DNA from: Oikopleura dioica
Taxonomy: Eukaryota; Animalia; Chordata
Length of the DNA stretch: 64,000 bases
Direction: 5' to 3'
Assembly (NCBI GenBank): GCA_907165135.1
Contig: OU015567.1
Location: 11,594,001 to 11,658,000 of the forward strand
Below are positions 23,106-36,135 of this stretch, in pieces; the first letter of the stretch is position 1; each line of letters starts with the position of its first letter. The position numbers and the translations under genes were made by a program. The notes under the pieces were generated by a model. That model did not search any database. It saw only the letters and a list, made by a program, of their open reading frames with translations, and was not told the DNA's origin.

Positions 23106-25620
23106 CTAGTTTCTCGCTGTAATAATATTTTTACAGAAAGCTTCTTCGTGAACTTTTTCAGGATCATTAATTTGGGGAACGTCAGGGAAGATGGGCGGCG
23201 TGTGATCCAGATTTCCAAGCAGGGCGATGCATTTCTCCTCGCTGTCAATGATTTGGGTGACGCAGCGTTTCACGTCCTCGCGGGTGATGTTTTCGATGAG
23301 GTATTCGGTTTCGGGGTAGTGAATTCGACGGTTGTATACCAGCAGGTGACGGCCAATCTATTTTTATTAAATCTTCTGACTTCAATTTCCTGTCCTACCT
23401 CATCAGCAACGGGCTGAGTTCCGTCAATGCCAAGGCAAATGTCCGTGAAAAGACTTCTCTTGGCATTCGAAAGTTCCTCGTCGCTGAGATTCGTGGCGAT
23501 TCGTTGTAATTCTTCATGGAAAGCTTCGACCATGGTAGAAGCCTTGTCCAGTTCAAAGGCAGTGAAAATGAAGCCGAAGAGGCCCTTATCATTGTATAAT
23601 GACATGTAAGCCTGAAATTCCACATTATTACTTTGAAGAATAATAAAATTTCAATTTTAGAGAGCATGAATGACAGTGGATGATCGTCAATTATTTCTAC
23701 TTGAGTTACTTTGAAAGTACTGCTTGGATCGATATTCTGCATTTTCTTGACGAATGGCGATGTGAAAAACTGGAATCCGCCAGATCCATGCATGAAGACA
23801 CCAATCAGCTTGGCGATTAAATTCATGGTTAGACAGTCGGAGTGAGACCAGCCGCAGATTGGGTAAGTAACGCAGCCGACGAGCGTGTCAGAGCCTGGTT
23901 TGTGGTGGCGGATCTCGCAAGAGTGGAATGGTGTATCAACGCCCCAGAAATTTGCATAATGATCGGTTCTTCCAGCAGGAAGATTCGCCTGTCTGAACGT
24001 CAATCGTTTGATTCGGAATATTAGATTGCTGTAATTACCGCTCAAAAGTAGGCGTTCCAGGGCCGATGTAAGAGCCCCAATCATCAAAATACTTCCCGGC
24101 GAAATCGACAACTTGCTCATGATTGACGCCACCCGTCCCGACAAGGACCATTCGCGAGGGATGATAGTGCGTTTTAATGAAATTCTGAAAAAGGAAAATT
24201 AGCATGTCTTCGCGTCAATAAGTGAGAATTGATGTGTCGATTCACGAAATGAATTAAATTGCGATTTAATTATTACCTGGATGACATCTTTTGTGATGGC
24301 ATTTGAAATGTGGAAACGCGTGCCGAGGATGTTGTAGGAAAGAGACGAGTCGGTGAAATGGCCATCGACACCACCGAAACAGAAGGCATGGATGTAATCG
24401 AAGAGCACTTCTTCGTAGTTTGCCAGAATATCATCGTACTCAGCTGATATTACGCGTCGTTCGATTGCGATAGCAGATCTGTAAAGATATGGTTATTAAA
24501 GCTGTCAAACTTCAAATATAACAATAAAATCAGAGCTTAGTTAAAAATTAAAATATCATCAATAAAAATGACTGCTGGCTCGACCGGGCCTGTGTAGAAA
24601 ACTTAAGTCACGGGTTAGAAAAATCAACAGTAAAAAGCCGCGCTACCAGTTCATGTCTTTTTTTTAATTCCAGCGTAGAGGCTTTTTATTAGAGTTTTTT
24701 CCGGACCCTGACCCAGGTTTTCCTCACAGGTTGCAGATCCCATCGTCCTTGAATTCGAGATCAGAGGCAAAGAAGTTTACCTTGATAAATCAGGTTTTTG
24801 AATAACATCAGCCAAGATCTCCACTAATTTCTCGGTATTATCTCTTCTTCCTTGAAAATAATAGGACGTATGCTCCCTCGAAGTATAAGCATTTAATAGA
24901 GTTCCAGTCGCTTCTGCGTATTCGGAAAGCTCGTGCTGCGACATCTTCTCGGATCCCTTGAAGACCAAATGTTCGAAGAAATGGGCCGTTCCCATTTCTT
25001 CCAGTTTTTCGTAGCGAGTTCCACAGTCGATCCACAAACCAACTAAAGAATCGTTTGTTGCTTTTATTCTACGCTTAATTTAAATTGTTTCCTAAAGGCT
25101 GAAACATCAAAGACAAACATTATCTAATAAAATTGAATAGAGCTCATAATGAAAGAATTTTTACAGCGTATTTGTTACAGCTTGTCTGGGCAATAAATCT
25201 ACTATCTTTCAGTGCTTTTCAATGCGATAAGAGAAAGATTCTTTTGAGATAGAGAAATCGTCATTCAGGTAGTATCATTTTTTTATTCAATTATCAACAT
25301 ATTCGTTTCGTGACTACATCTATCTCATACAAAATCAATTAAAGACATTACCGCAAGTCGTTGGTAAACCCATATCTTCTGTTGCTACCCGAAGTCCATT
25401 TGGAAGGGTGGTTACTTTTGTGTCGCAGTAATTTACCAGCTGTTTTGCCTAAAAGAATCTGTAGATTAAAATTACCAAAGATTAAATTTCTTGGAAATTA
25501 TCTAAACTTGAGATTCCAAGGAGAATTTTTATCAATAAATTAGAAATTTTCGATTAATTTTTTTTTTTGAACCTGCGCAAATCTTCTTCTTATCGGGAAT
25601 TGTTTTACTCTTCTAATCAT
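23106..25620 (-). CDS. PMPCB: Mitochondrial M16 peptidase, MPP-beta / complex III core 1-like (divergent)
   Basis: Arg-rich presequence MIRRVKQFPIRRRFAQ, TKVTTLPNGLRVATE, GLWIDCGTRYE, GTAHFFEHLVFKGS (HxxEH), LNAYTSREHT, IDGTQPVADEIGRHLLVYNRRI. Confidence 0.88.
24575..24743. mobile_element. Degenerate MITE in an intron, same family as 61178-61411
   Basis: CCTGTGTAGAAAACTTAAGTCACGGGTTAG..AAAAGCCGCG and GACCCTGACCCAGGTTTTCCTCACAGGTTGC resemble both arms of the element at 61178. Confidence 0.7.
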
Positions 25621-25789
25621 CTTGCCCGAGATCACTTCAATCAGCTGTTTTCTTCAAGTCTCTCAAGATTCCAAAATTGTGTCTTAGGGCGTTTGAGAAA
25701 AACGAGGCTCGACCAATCGGCGCGGCGCGAGAATTCTGCACCACTTCGCGAAGAAGGAAAATTGAAAAGAGAAAAACGCGAATCAAAAA
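25621..25789. promoter_or_regulatory. 169-bp bidirectional promoter between the PMPCB-like gene and ATP6V1F
   Basis: Divergent ATGs at 25620 (-) and 25790 (+). CCAAT at 25713-25717 followed by GC-rich GGCGCGGCGCG. Confidence 0.65.
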
Positions 25790-26786
25790 ATGCTGGGAGG
25801 AAAATTGATGACCGTTATCGGCGATGAAGATACTGTTACGGGCTTTTTGATGGGTGGAATTGGAGAATTGAGCAAAGAGCGACATCCGAATTTCTTCGTA
25901 GGAAAAATATAAAGAAAATGGTATAATTAGTATTCAATTTTAGGTGGTGGACAAAGACACAGAGACGAAAGACATCGAAGCCAACCTGCGAACCTTCCTG
26001 GCTCGCCCCGATGTGGGAATAGTGATGATCACGCAGTGCTACGCGGAGCGAGTGCGGCACCTGATCGACGCTCATGTGGAGCCGATTCCGACGATTTTGG
26101 AGATTCCGTCCAAAGACAACCCATACGATGCGGAAAAGGATTCCGTCCTCAAACGGGCCAGGTAAACTTTTCCCTGACGAAACGGTCGTATTTTTGGAAA
26201 TTGGCAAAATTGGAAATGGAACACCTTCAGCTGAGGGAATCCAAGAACGAGAGCCATAAATAGGGCTAACTCGTGATCTCACAGTAACGCTAAAAGGCGA
26301 ATTGAAGACCCTTATGACCTCTTTTTAACTCGAATCGAATTTTCAGCTTCCATTTTTTAATGAATTTTCCCTAGAATTTCGTGTATTTTCGAAGAAAACA
26401 GCTTTCTTTTTCATGCGGAACGACATTTTTTTGCTGCAAATCGATTTCTTCCGCAAATTTGACTCTTGAACCCTGGTTATAGGGGAAAGAAAAAGCTCCA
26501 GAATACGGAAATTCATCTCTTTCATTTTCCGAAATGAGAATTTTACGAGGTTTCCGTTCGATTTTCCCCAAAAATTAACTTTCAGACCCGGCAACGCATC
26601 GGTCAGTTGACCGATCGTCTGGTGAACACTCAGCTTTAGAAATTTTCCGTCGTTTTTTGCTTGAATAGACAGTTTAAATCAAAACAACGAGCAGTGTATC
26701 GCGTTTAGTCTGGTCCAATTTACAACTGAAAATAGCTCCCGATTCAATCTCATGATTTCAGGGCCGTTATCGGTGGCGAAGGGTAG
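25790..26786 (+). CDS. ATP6V1F: V-type H+-ATPase V1 subunit F
   Basis: [27 protein letters not shown]|[31 protein letters not shown]. Last exon uncertain: 26762-26786 (AVIGGEG*), or an alternative at 26586. Confidence 0.93.
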
Positions 26787-27212
26787 AATTTCAGGCGAAA
26801 ATAAACTTCCATTTCACGATCAAATTTCTTCATGTTCATCCTTTTCCACAATATTGTCAACTCATACTAGCAAAAATATATAAATTACTTATCTCGTCAT
26901 TTCTCTGTTCAGCATTTAATTCTTTACATGTCAACTCACTGAATAAAAAAATTTCGTTCAAAAACTTCTCTTCTTCAAACAAAAAATTTTAAAAATCCGT
27001 TTTTATGTTATTTTGCCATCATATTTTCTATCAATTTTTATCGTTAGAGAATATTACAGAAAGGGTACTCAAGTTCAGATTTTTCTCGAAAAGGGACCTT
27101 GAGGTTCAGTTCATTTCTATTTGTTTGCTACTGAAGTAAACCTACAGTAAATAAGTTATCAAGTTTGAATTTGGAACTTCTGTTTGATTCTTTCTTTTCG
27201 ATAGATTTTTAG

Positions 27213-29456
27213 ATGACAGACAATAAAGCATATTCTGCTGAAGTAAGTTTAGGTGCATGAAGCTGGGTCAAAATAACTATTATTCGAAATTGGTGATGAT
27301 CTTTGTATTCTAGTGGAGGAAATTTAAGATTCCTTGTTCGTTCAGATGACCGAAATCGGGGTGGGCGATGAAACTCCTTCGCCAGAGAATTCGAACGAAA
27401 CGGAAGAAGTCGAAAACGAAGTAGAAGTAGCGACCTACTTCAGCGAGAGAATTCATGTCCCAGAGTCTCAGAAAGCGTTTTCATTCCGGAAATTGTGGGC
27501 GTTTACTGGTCCGGGTTTTCTGATGTCGATCGCATACTTAGATCCTGGGAATATTGAGTCGGATTTGCAGAGTGGGGCCATTGCTCAATTCACGCTGCTG
27601 TGGGTGTTAATGTGGAGCCATGTTTTGGGCCTGTTTATGCAGCGATTTGCGCTCAGACTCGGAGTTACTACCGGTAATAATCTGTCACTTGAGTTAGTTT
27701 AAAACGAGAACCGGTTTTAGGGAAGCATCTGGCGCAAGTCTGCTACGACGGCTATTCTCCTCCAGTGCGAATTCTTCTCTGGCTTTCGATAGAATTAGCC
27801 ATTATCGGCAGCGATATGCAAGAAGTAATTGGCACGGCCATCGCGTTCTCTCTTCTATCAAACGGTGCGATTCCTCTCTGGGGCGGTGTGCTCATCACAA
27901 TTGTCGACACAGTCGTTTTCCTTTTCCTCGACAAGTATGGCCTCCGAAAGTTAGAAGCATTCTTCGCAGTTTTAATTACGACAATGGCGATTTCCTTTGG
28001 TTTCGAGTACGTCCAAGCTGCGCCCGATCAAAAAGAAGTTGTTTACGGCATTGTTGTACCTCACTGCACCAATTGCGGAGTTCCTCAGCTGGCACAAGGA
28101 AAAGATTGAAATATTCGAGCGAGTAAGCACGCGTTCCATCGTAATTTAAACTCATAATCATCCAACTTTGTCAATAATAACTGTACTTAATAATCGCTGC
28201 ATAAAACTTCAAAGAAGTAATTCTCAATCTTCCCAAAGCAATCGGAATAATCGGCGCCGTCATTATGCCCCACAATATTTACCTGCACTCCGCTCTTGTG
28301 AGATCCCGAGAAGTAGACAGAAGAAAGCCAAAAGAAATCAAAGAAGCGAACATGTACTTTTTCATTGAATCCGCGATGGCATTGTTTGTTTCGTTCATAA
28401 TCAATGTATTCGTCGTTTCTGTTTTTGCAGAAGGTTTCTACGGGAAAACGCTGGAGAATTTGAACACCACCGCTACTGGTAAGCTTGATTCTCAATTATA
28501 TTAAATTTTTATCGGACTGATACGTTCTTTGAACATTTAAAGGTCACTGTTAAAATGATTTTGATTTTAGAGAATCTCTTGAAGGGATTCTTCAACCAAT
28601 AAATCTGATTTCGTAGCTTTTTACGAAGATGTACTGCACTCGAACCCGCCCTATTCGATCTTCCCCCTCGAAAACGAAGATGCGAACAGTACAGATGTAG
28701 CAGTAGATATATTCAAAGGAGGAGTCTTCCTCGGCGCTGAATACGGTCTGCCAGCATACTACATCTGGGCCGTCGGAATCTTTGCAGCTGGCCAGAGCTC
28801 AACCATGACCGGCACTTATAGGTGAGTCTTGCCATTCTTTCCACTTATGGAAAAAGCCTACACGTGTTACTCTCCTTTTCAGTGGCCAGTTTGTCATGGA
28901 AGGATTCCTCAATCTTCAGTGGTCCCGTTTCGCCCGAGTCGTTCTCACTCGCTCTCTGGCAATCGTGCCTACTTTCGCCATTGCCTTTTACTCGGATATT
29001 TCGAGCTTGACCAACATGAATGATATTTTAAACATCCTTCAATCGATTCTTCTCCCTTTCGCGATTATCCCTGTTCTTCATTTTTGTGCTCAAGCGAGGT
29101 TAGTGCCATTATTTTGCTTGAAATGATGAATAATTCAGAATAATGGGTGAATTTGCGACTGGAAAGTTTTGGACTATCTTCGGTCCATTGGTAGCTTTTG
29201 TGATTATTGGAATCAATTTGTATTTTGCTTACGATATCATTATTGGTTTTGAAAAAGTAGCTGCGTATGCGATTTCAGGAGTCATTGCTGTCCTCTACTT
29301 CAGTAAGTCTGAATGGATTTATCGATATTTATAATTCTTTCAGTCTTTTGCTTCTACATGATCTGGCTCTTCTTCCGCGACGCATTCCTCCCGCGGCTAC
29401 GATCGCTCTTCTTTCACAGCGGAGAGGACGAAGAATTACTGGTCGACGACGAGTAG
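27213..29456 (+). CDS. SLC11A2: NRAMP/DMT1 divalent metal transporter
   Basis: [82 protein letters not shown]. Includes GA-AG intron 28099-28238. Confidence 0.96.
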
Positions 29457-30339
29457 TTAACTCTTGCTCCGAATTTTTATTCTAGATATTGACTGTTCTT
29501 CATTATTATTTCAATCTCTTCACATCTTAGTTCCGAAATTTTCTTATCAAAAACCCACTTTTATGACCGTAGCGGTCAAAATACCAATAGGTACTGTACC
29601 TTTCTGTATTTAAAAACACAAGAATCCGACTATTAAATATACTGATACGCATGTAAAAAAACAAGTAAACCGAATTCAAAATTTAGAAAATAATGATTGG
29701 AATCTATCGCTATTATTTATTGAGGCATGATCAAAATGCTCCATATTCCCGGTAAGTCTTCGTCAAACACATTGATAGATTCTAAACAAAAATTCTTAAA
29801 ATAAGAAGTCAGCAGCTCGAATTCATTCAAGTATGACACGCGCACAAATATGAGAACTTCCTCTCTGTCTCCGTTTATTCTAGTTATGCTCGGAAATTGC
29901 GGAAATTCTTGAGCTTGAAACTAATGATTCTATCGCAAGAGCTATATAAAGTTTAAGCTGGTAAGAAAGCATTATTTTAATCAAGGATATATCGAGTTCT
30001 GAAGCTCTATTTTCAAGAGATTAGCTTCACCTTTGACTGAAGTCGAGAGCGTATTGACAAAAGCGCGTTTTTTTCGCACTGTGTTTTGGGTAAATTTTGA
30101 GAAAACTAAAAAATGGAGTAGCGCCGCCAAATAAAGTTTTGGAGTGCTGTTGACTCCCCCTTTTGTCAGGATGCGGCTAGGCGGCTTCCGTAGCGACCAA
30201 ACTTTTCATTTTCGATTCCATTCCGAGGAAGTTCTTCAAGAATTTTTTGTAATTGAGTTGTAGAGATAGAGAGAGATAGTGACATTGATTTTTAGAAGGC
30301 GCATCTGGCGACGCGCCGAGAATCAGAAGAGAGGGAGAA

Positions 30340-33300
30340 ATGACGATTCCAGTGCTCGATTTATTCAACTTTGAAAGCGACTCGGCTGAAGGATGCGAGG
30401 AACGGTTCATTTTAAATCTGATGAAATGTGGTATAATCTAACTTACAGTTATTTTCCTCTTTTGTGGACATTTTTTGTCACAAATTTTCGGAAAAATGTC
30501 CACAAAAATGGGCAAGGGTTCCCAAAAAAATGTCCCGCCGTAGTGTATTAAAATTTTTTCAAATATAAGTTTTTATGGAAAAATGGCGAATTTCATCCTC
30601 GAAACGCCTTTCTCTTGCTTAAATTAATTTATGAGGCTGTTGTACTCAAAATGGAGCATTTTCAGGAGGTATATTTGATGAAGATTATTACCTCAGTGAG
30701 TATGATTATCGATTAAAAACTGTAGTTGGTTACCCCGGACAAAATGAGATCTTGAGTATTTATCTTGAATACGGCAAATCCAACTAGGGACAATGGAAAT
30801 TTTGAATCTTGAAAAAAGTATGTCTTGACGTCACCAAGATCGCTTCAAGCCTGCGCTGCACTGGACATTCGACCCGTTGAGCTTTTAAAGGTAACTAATT
30901 TGAAAGATGTATTTTTGAAGGTGAACTTGAATGTTGTATCTGTAGTTGTCATGCAGTATTTTGTCAATAAGGTCAGATTTGCCTTTTTGAAGTCAATTAG
31001 TTTGCAGAGCTTTGCTCGCTAAGGACTGATAGTGTCAAATTGTTTGGCTAATCGAGTTTCGGATTTTGGAAGGAACTCTATGCAGATCAGAAATGAAGCC
31101 TTTAATTTGTTTGTCATACTTAGGAAGTGCTTAGGAAACGTAAGGGCTACAATTTTGGATAAATCGACATGAAGCCCTTGTTTTCGTCTTGTATTCTTCC
31201 TTGTTTTCAACATCAAAGAGGCATCAGAGCTCGTGATGAAATGCGCCATACAAATCCACTAATCCCATGTCACATTGTTTCTTGTGCCAGGAATCAGCTG
31301 TACGGCGGGAGCTAAGGCCTTTTTTTCTATTGAAAACACTTTTAATCTCCTCAAATCGCCAGAACCATGGCAATGAAAAACTGCCATCCACAGGCGGCTT
31401 TTTGGAACTTGGATTGAACTCAGGAAGTTCGTTTTAGCGCAGAACTTCGAGAAATAAATTGCACTAGAATAAAAAGTGTACTAATGGGAAATTGGCAAGC
31501 GAAATGGCGAGGGAAAAAGGTGATTGATGGGAGGTTGGCATGCGCTAAAACGCAAAGTTGGCCGCAGCCTGCTGCTAGTGCAGAACCGCTAGAACAATTA
31601 AAATGATGATTTTTGAGAAACTAAGCTGAGTTTGACACTTTCTCTTTTTCGATAATATCTTGTTTTCATTAAAAAAATCCTGTTGAACTCGAACAGGAAT
31701 CGATTTTTGGGTTCAGAGAGTCAGAAGAGTTTCAGTCTAGGGCTTTATAGTTATGATCAATTGAACAAGAACTAGTGAATCCACTTTTGAAGTCGAGTGC
31801 TTTTGAGCTTGATTAATTCTCTTTTCTTATTTCAATTAGTGCCGGACCGAGAAATGAGAAATCGCCAGCTCAGTGTTATCTTAATAATAAAGCCCGTCCG
31901 TGGCTGTCGGCACTGTGGGAACTCTGTATTGAAAGAAATTCAGGTGACGCTCAACGAGCTGGTAGCGGAGAGACCAGAGTTGTCGATCAGAGAAGCGAAG
32001 GAATTCCTGGCGAAAATCAACGAAGAAAGAGATGAAAAGCTGCAGGAAGCTAGGGTAGCGAGGAAAAGGATCATCGAGGGTCAGCCGGTGAAAAGACGCA
32101 ACGAAGAACCAAACAAGGAAAGGGGATGCAATTGAATGGGTGAATTAAGATCTTGTATCTATAAGACGTCGAACAACCCAATCCACATTTTGCAAGTTTA
32201 TTGATTGCTCGCAGCTTATGCTTTTATTTTATCGATGGCACTTGAAACTAACTTGAACCTTTATTCAAAAATCGAGAAATTCATTTGCACCAACTACATG
32301 CATCTCTTAAAAAGCCCTCGAAAATGCAGAAATTCACCTCTGAACCGACTGTAAGAAGTCAACCATCTCGTGGAACGAATATGATCAAATCCTCAAGGTA
32401 GTTTTTTGAGCTGAAATCATCAAAACCAAGAGATAACGGGTAGTTATTCCAGGACTTTTGAATAATTAATCGTCCGCGGAGAGTTGAATGGATAAAAATT
32501 TTAGTGTTCAAATGATCCATTTAGTAGACTCATGTAGAGAACGGATGGAAAAGAATGAATAAAAGTACCTTGATTTTAGGTTTTCTAAGTGATCTTTTTC
32601 ATCCCCAAAGCTCGTTTTTCGCCTTGAAAGATGAACTTTTCATAGGATAAGGATTATAAAATCGCTTTGATTTGGCATTTCCTGTCTGATTCTGATTCTG
32701 AATCTGAAATCTCGATTTTCAGCTCGCCTCACGTCAGACCTCCGGCGAAGTTGACCCCACTGGGGTTGTCTATGACCAAAATCCCTTCCATCGGCTCATC
32801 CGCATCATCGGTCGTCTCTTCCTCCCGCCGCCGCAGTGACCATGACCGTCTCATGAACGCAATGATAAGGCGATACCACGAGAAAAAGAAGGAGGCCAAG
32901 AACTCCCGAGAAAAATGGCATCAATGGGAACAAGATCGCCTCAAGACTGAAAGAGAGAAGATGAAAGCCCAAAGAAACACGCAGGTTAGTCATTAAATTT
33001 TTTTGATTGTTTGGCATAGCAAAAGATTAGCTATTTATTCAACGAGACAAGCTAAATATTTGATGTTCGTGTGAGTTTTTATAAGAATTTATCCTTCAGA
33101 CAACTCGACTCAAAAACGGCTGTTATGAGATAAATGTATTGATTTTCTATTTTCGCTCTCGTTTTCGATTCAAACTATCGTTCAATAGTCAATTGCCCAG
33201 TCAGTTTATAAAAGAGACGAAATTAAAATGACCCCGTTATAATTCTTTTGTCGTTTGTCAACAAAAGTACTGTTAAAGCTTTGATTTAATTACTGTTTAT

Positions 33301-35959
33301 ATCTTGCCAAAGATCATCGCTTGTAAAAGGCTTAATTCCCACGTGACCTTTTCTTGTCGCTCCCCATGTAGTCGGGTGGAGGAAAAGACTGGCTCTTGGA
33401 TCGGTTTAAAATTAATTTGTTGGGATAGGAGCCCTAAATGAATAAACGCAAAGTGAGATTTATTCAGGCGCGCGTGGCGAGGAACAGACGATCAGATATT
33501 CACCAACTGGCAGAAATGAGCGAACGAAGGCGGCAAGAAGAGGAAGTAACACTCAAGGAGCGAGAAAAGGCGATCGAGGAAAAACTTCAAAAAGCATATG
33601 CAAAGGTAAGATTCTTTATTGAAACTCGAATCGGAGGGGCAATAATAACCGTCATTTCTGGTAATAATCATTCGATGTACGAAAATTCTCGTTAGATAAG
33701 AAAAGCCCTGCTTTGATACTGGAATCTCAGACTTGTTAAATTGCTGTGAGGATTACACAAGATCATCTCTTGTCTGAAAAGTTGCACCAGGCTTGTGCCG
33801 CAGGGATTCGCAGGAAAGAGAGCGTGAGAATAAAAAGAACTTATTTTTGATCAAATTAGGAGTCTAAGAGGGGCATGATTAGGTAATTTTTAAATGTGCT
33901 TTTTAGGCTCAATTGATGAAAGAAGCGAAACAGCAGAGGATCAAAGAAAACATGGACATGGAAGCGAGGAAAAAGCGATACCAAGAAGAGCGATTGAAAA
34001 TGATGGAAAATGAAAAGATCGCGAGAGAACGTCAATTGAAAAGTGATCTGGAGAAGAAACTACGCGATGCTGATGCTGTCCGAAACCAGAAATTGCAGTC
34101 CGATGCGGAAGTGCTTCAACGAAGGAATCAGATGAAATTTCTGGCTTTTCAAGAGACGTATGAGGATGTGCAGAAAATCAAACAAGAAGAAAACGCGGAG
34201 AAAAAAGAGAGACTCAGTAAGAGACTCGAACAAGCGCAGAAAAACAACCAAGAATTGGTAAATAAGACTTGTATCTTCTTTTTCTTTATTTCAAGATGCA
34301 TAAACGATCACATGCTTTGAAAATCGCTGCAGCTCAGAAACAACGTCAGCTTGAAGAAGTTCGGGCAGCGAAAGAAGAGCTGCTGAAAGAACAACAAACC
34401 AGAATTCAAGAAGAAGTCCTCCGAAACGAGAAGCTCGCTGAAGAAGCTCGTCGAGGTAAAATTCTTCGATAATTTATTGAGCAAATTTTATCGGTCATTT
34501 TCAGGAGTGAGCCAAATGAAGCAGATGAAACTGGAAGAGATCAAAGAAAAGCATCAACTGGAGAGACTACGCGCTCAAGAAAATCTCCGACGAAACGAAA
34601 GAGCTTTTGAGGCTGAGCGCGAGAAATTAGAGCAACAAGTCGATCAGAAAATTGCAAAGAGTGAAAAAATTTTGGAAGATCGAGAAAGAGTAAGTCACAA
34701 TGACAGTTGATTATCCGTTTATTTTTTCAGTGATATTTTTTTCAATTATTTGTTTCCAATGTGATATGTAGAAAAAATTGAAAGACAGAAATCAGACAAA
34801 GTAAATTTTACGGCGTAGAATATTCAATTTAAAACAACAAAATCACCATGGCTGCCATGGCATTCTGAGGTTGTCGAAAAACATGTCGAAGTCCTCGATA
34901 TTTTCTGGCATGTTGTCTTCAGGATAGCCGCCCATATTATAAAAGATCGTTCGTTGTTGTGCCATTAATTTCTTGTACTGCTCGTTCTGATCCTTTGAGA
35001 AATAGTAGAAAGAATAGGATATTTCATTCAAACCTCCAGCTTTTTCTTCAACTCTTCTTTTTTTATGCGAAATTTCGCTTCGCAAATATGACTATCAACC
35101 ACTCGATGGCGCACGCGGCAAAAACAGCATCTATGATTAGTAGCTATGAAATCGCCCAAAAAAACCAAATCCCACCTGACAATTCGTTTACAAGATTTTT
35201 CCAAGTGAGCGGCGAAATCTTCATATTTCATTTCCACCTTATGATTAGTTAAAAAGTATCTTCAATAAGTTTTACCTTGCATTCGCTATCAGTGCATTGA
35301 ACAGCTCGCGCATTCATCATCTTCAGAAAGAACTTTGACGCGGGATAAGGTTCTTTGTCAAGAGGGAAAAACTTGGAACAAAGAGAGCATTCCCTGTCAA
35401 AGCCGATTTGCTTGAACGCGCATTCCCGGCAAACATTCTTGTTGCAGCAGGCTGTTACGACGGGATCTTCCATCTGTCTACGGCATTTTTTGCAGTCAAA
35501 AAATTTTGACGCAAAATCTTCTTTGTTGAGCGTTAAAGCGATTCCCTTTTCAATCAAAGGTTTCCAAAATAGACGCCCTTCTGAAATTCTCTCAGGATCA
35601 TCTGACTCGTAACCCTCAAAATTATTCATTTTTTATTAGACTTATTCGTTCCTTCAAATATTCGAAAATGAGTTTTTTACACCCGGACTGTCCCTTTTTA
35701 TTGCAGCGAGCTGATGATCGTGATGTTTCAGAGCTAGACATGAAGCTGACTAAGTTTTTGGATTCGACTTTTTGAGAACTGATCATAACCGAGCAATTCT
35801 GATTTATTCTTTCAGACCATCCTGATTTCGAAGGTTCAAGCGCGCAAACAAGCGGCGGAACGCGATGCCATCCGCAAAGAACTCGAAAGTTTCGACCAAA
35901 AAGTCTCCACTGTCAACATGCTCGCCGCCGTCGTCCATCGCCGCGACAAGATCATCTAA
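30340..35959 (+). CDS. CCDC177: Coiled-coil domain-containing protein 177-like
   Basis: VLDLFNFE..EGCE|YVLTSPRSLQACAALDIRPVELL matches the CCDC177 N-terminal motif, followed by long E/K/R/Q coiled-coil exons. Needs GA-AG introns 30400-30818 and 32118-32314. Confidence 0.82.
34843..35629 (-). CDS. RING + TRAF-type zinc-finger protein, nested antisense in the last intron of CCDC177
   Basis: CKKC..DPVVTACCNKNVCREC..CSLC, then VQCTDSECK|VEM..AHLEKSC. Three exons with short GT-AG introns, all inside host intron 34690-35815. Confidence 0.75.
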
Positions 35960-36135
35960 ACCGATCTCTTCTCGGTTAATAAATAAAATTGTACATTTCT
36001 GTGAAATTGTTGCTTCCCTTTCTTTTCGACTCTAATAAAAATATTTTCATTCCGTTTTTAATAAAAAGTGTTTTTCACGCTCGATTAGTTTATAGAATGC
36101 TGGCTCAAAAGTAAGATAAAGCATTTTGGAAAAAG

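Noticed and set aside
29559-29582. Hairpin TGACCG-TAG-CGGTCA in the NRAMP 3'UTR as an iron-responsive element
   Set aside because: It has no CAGUGN loop or bulged C.
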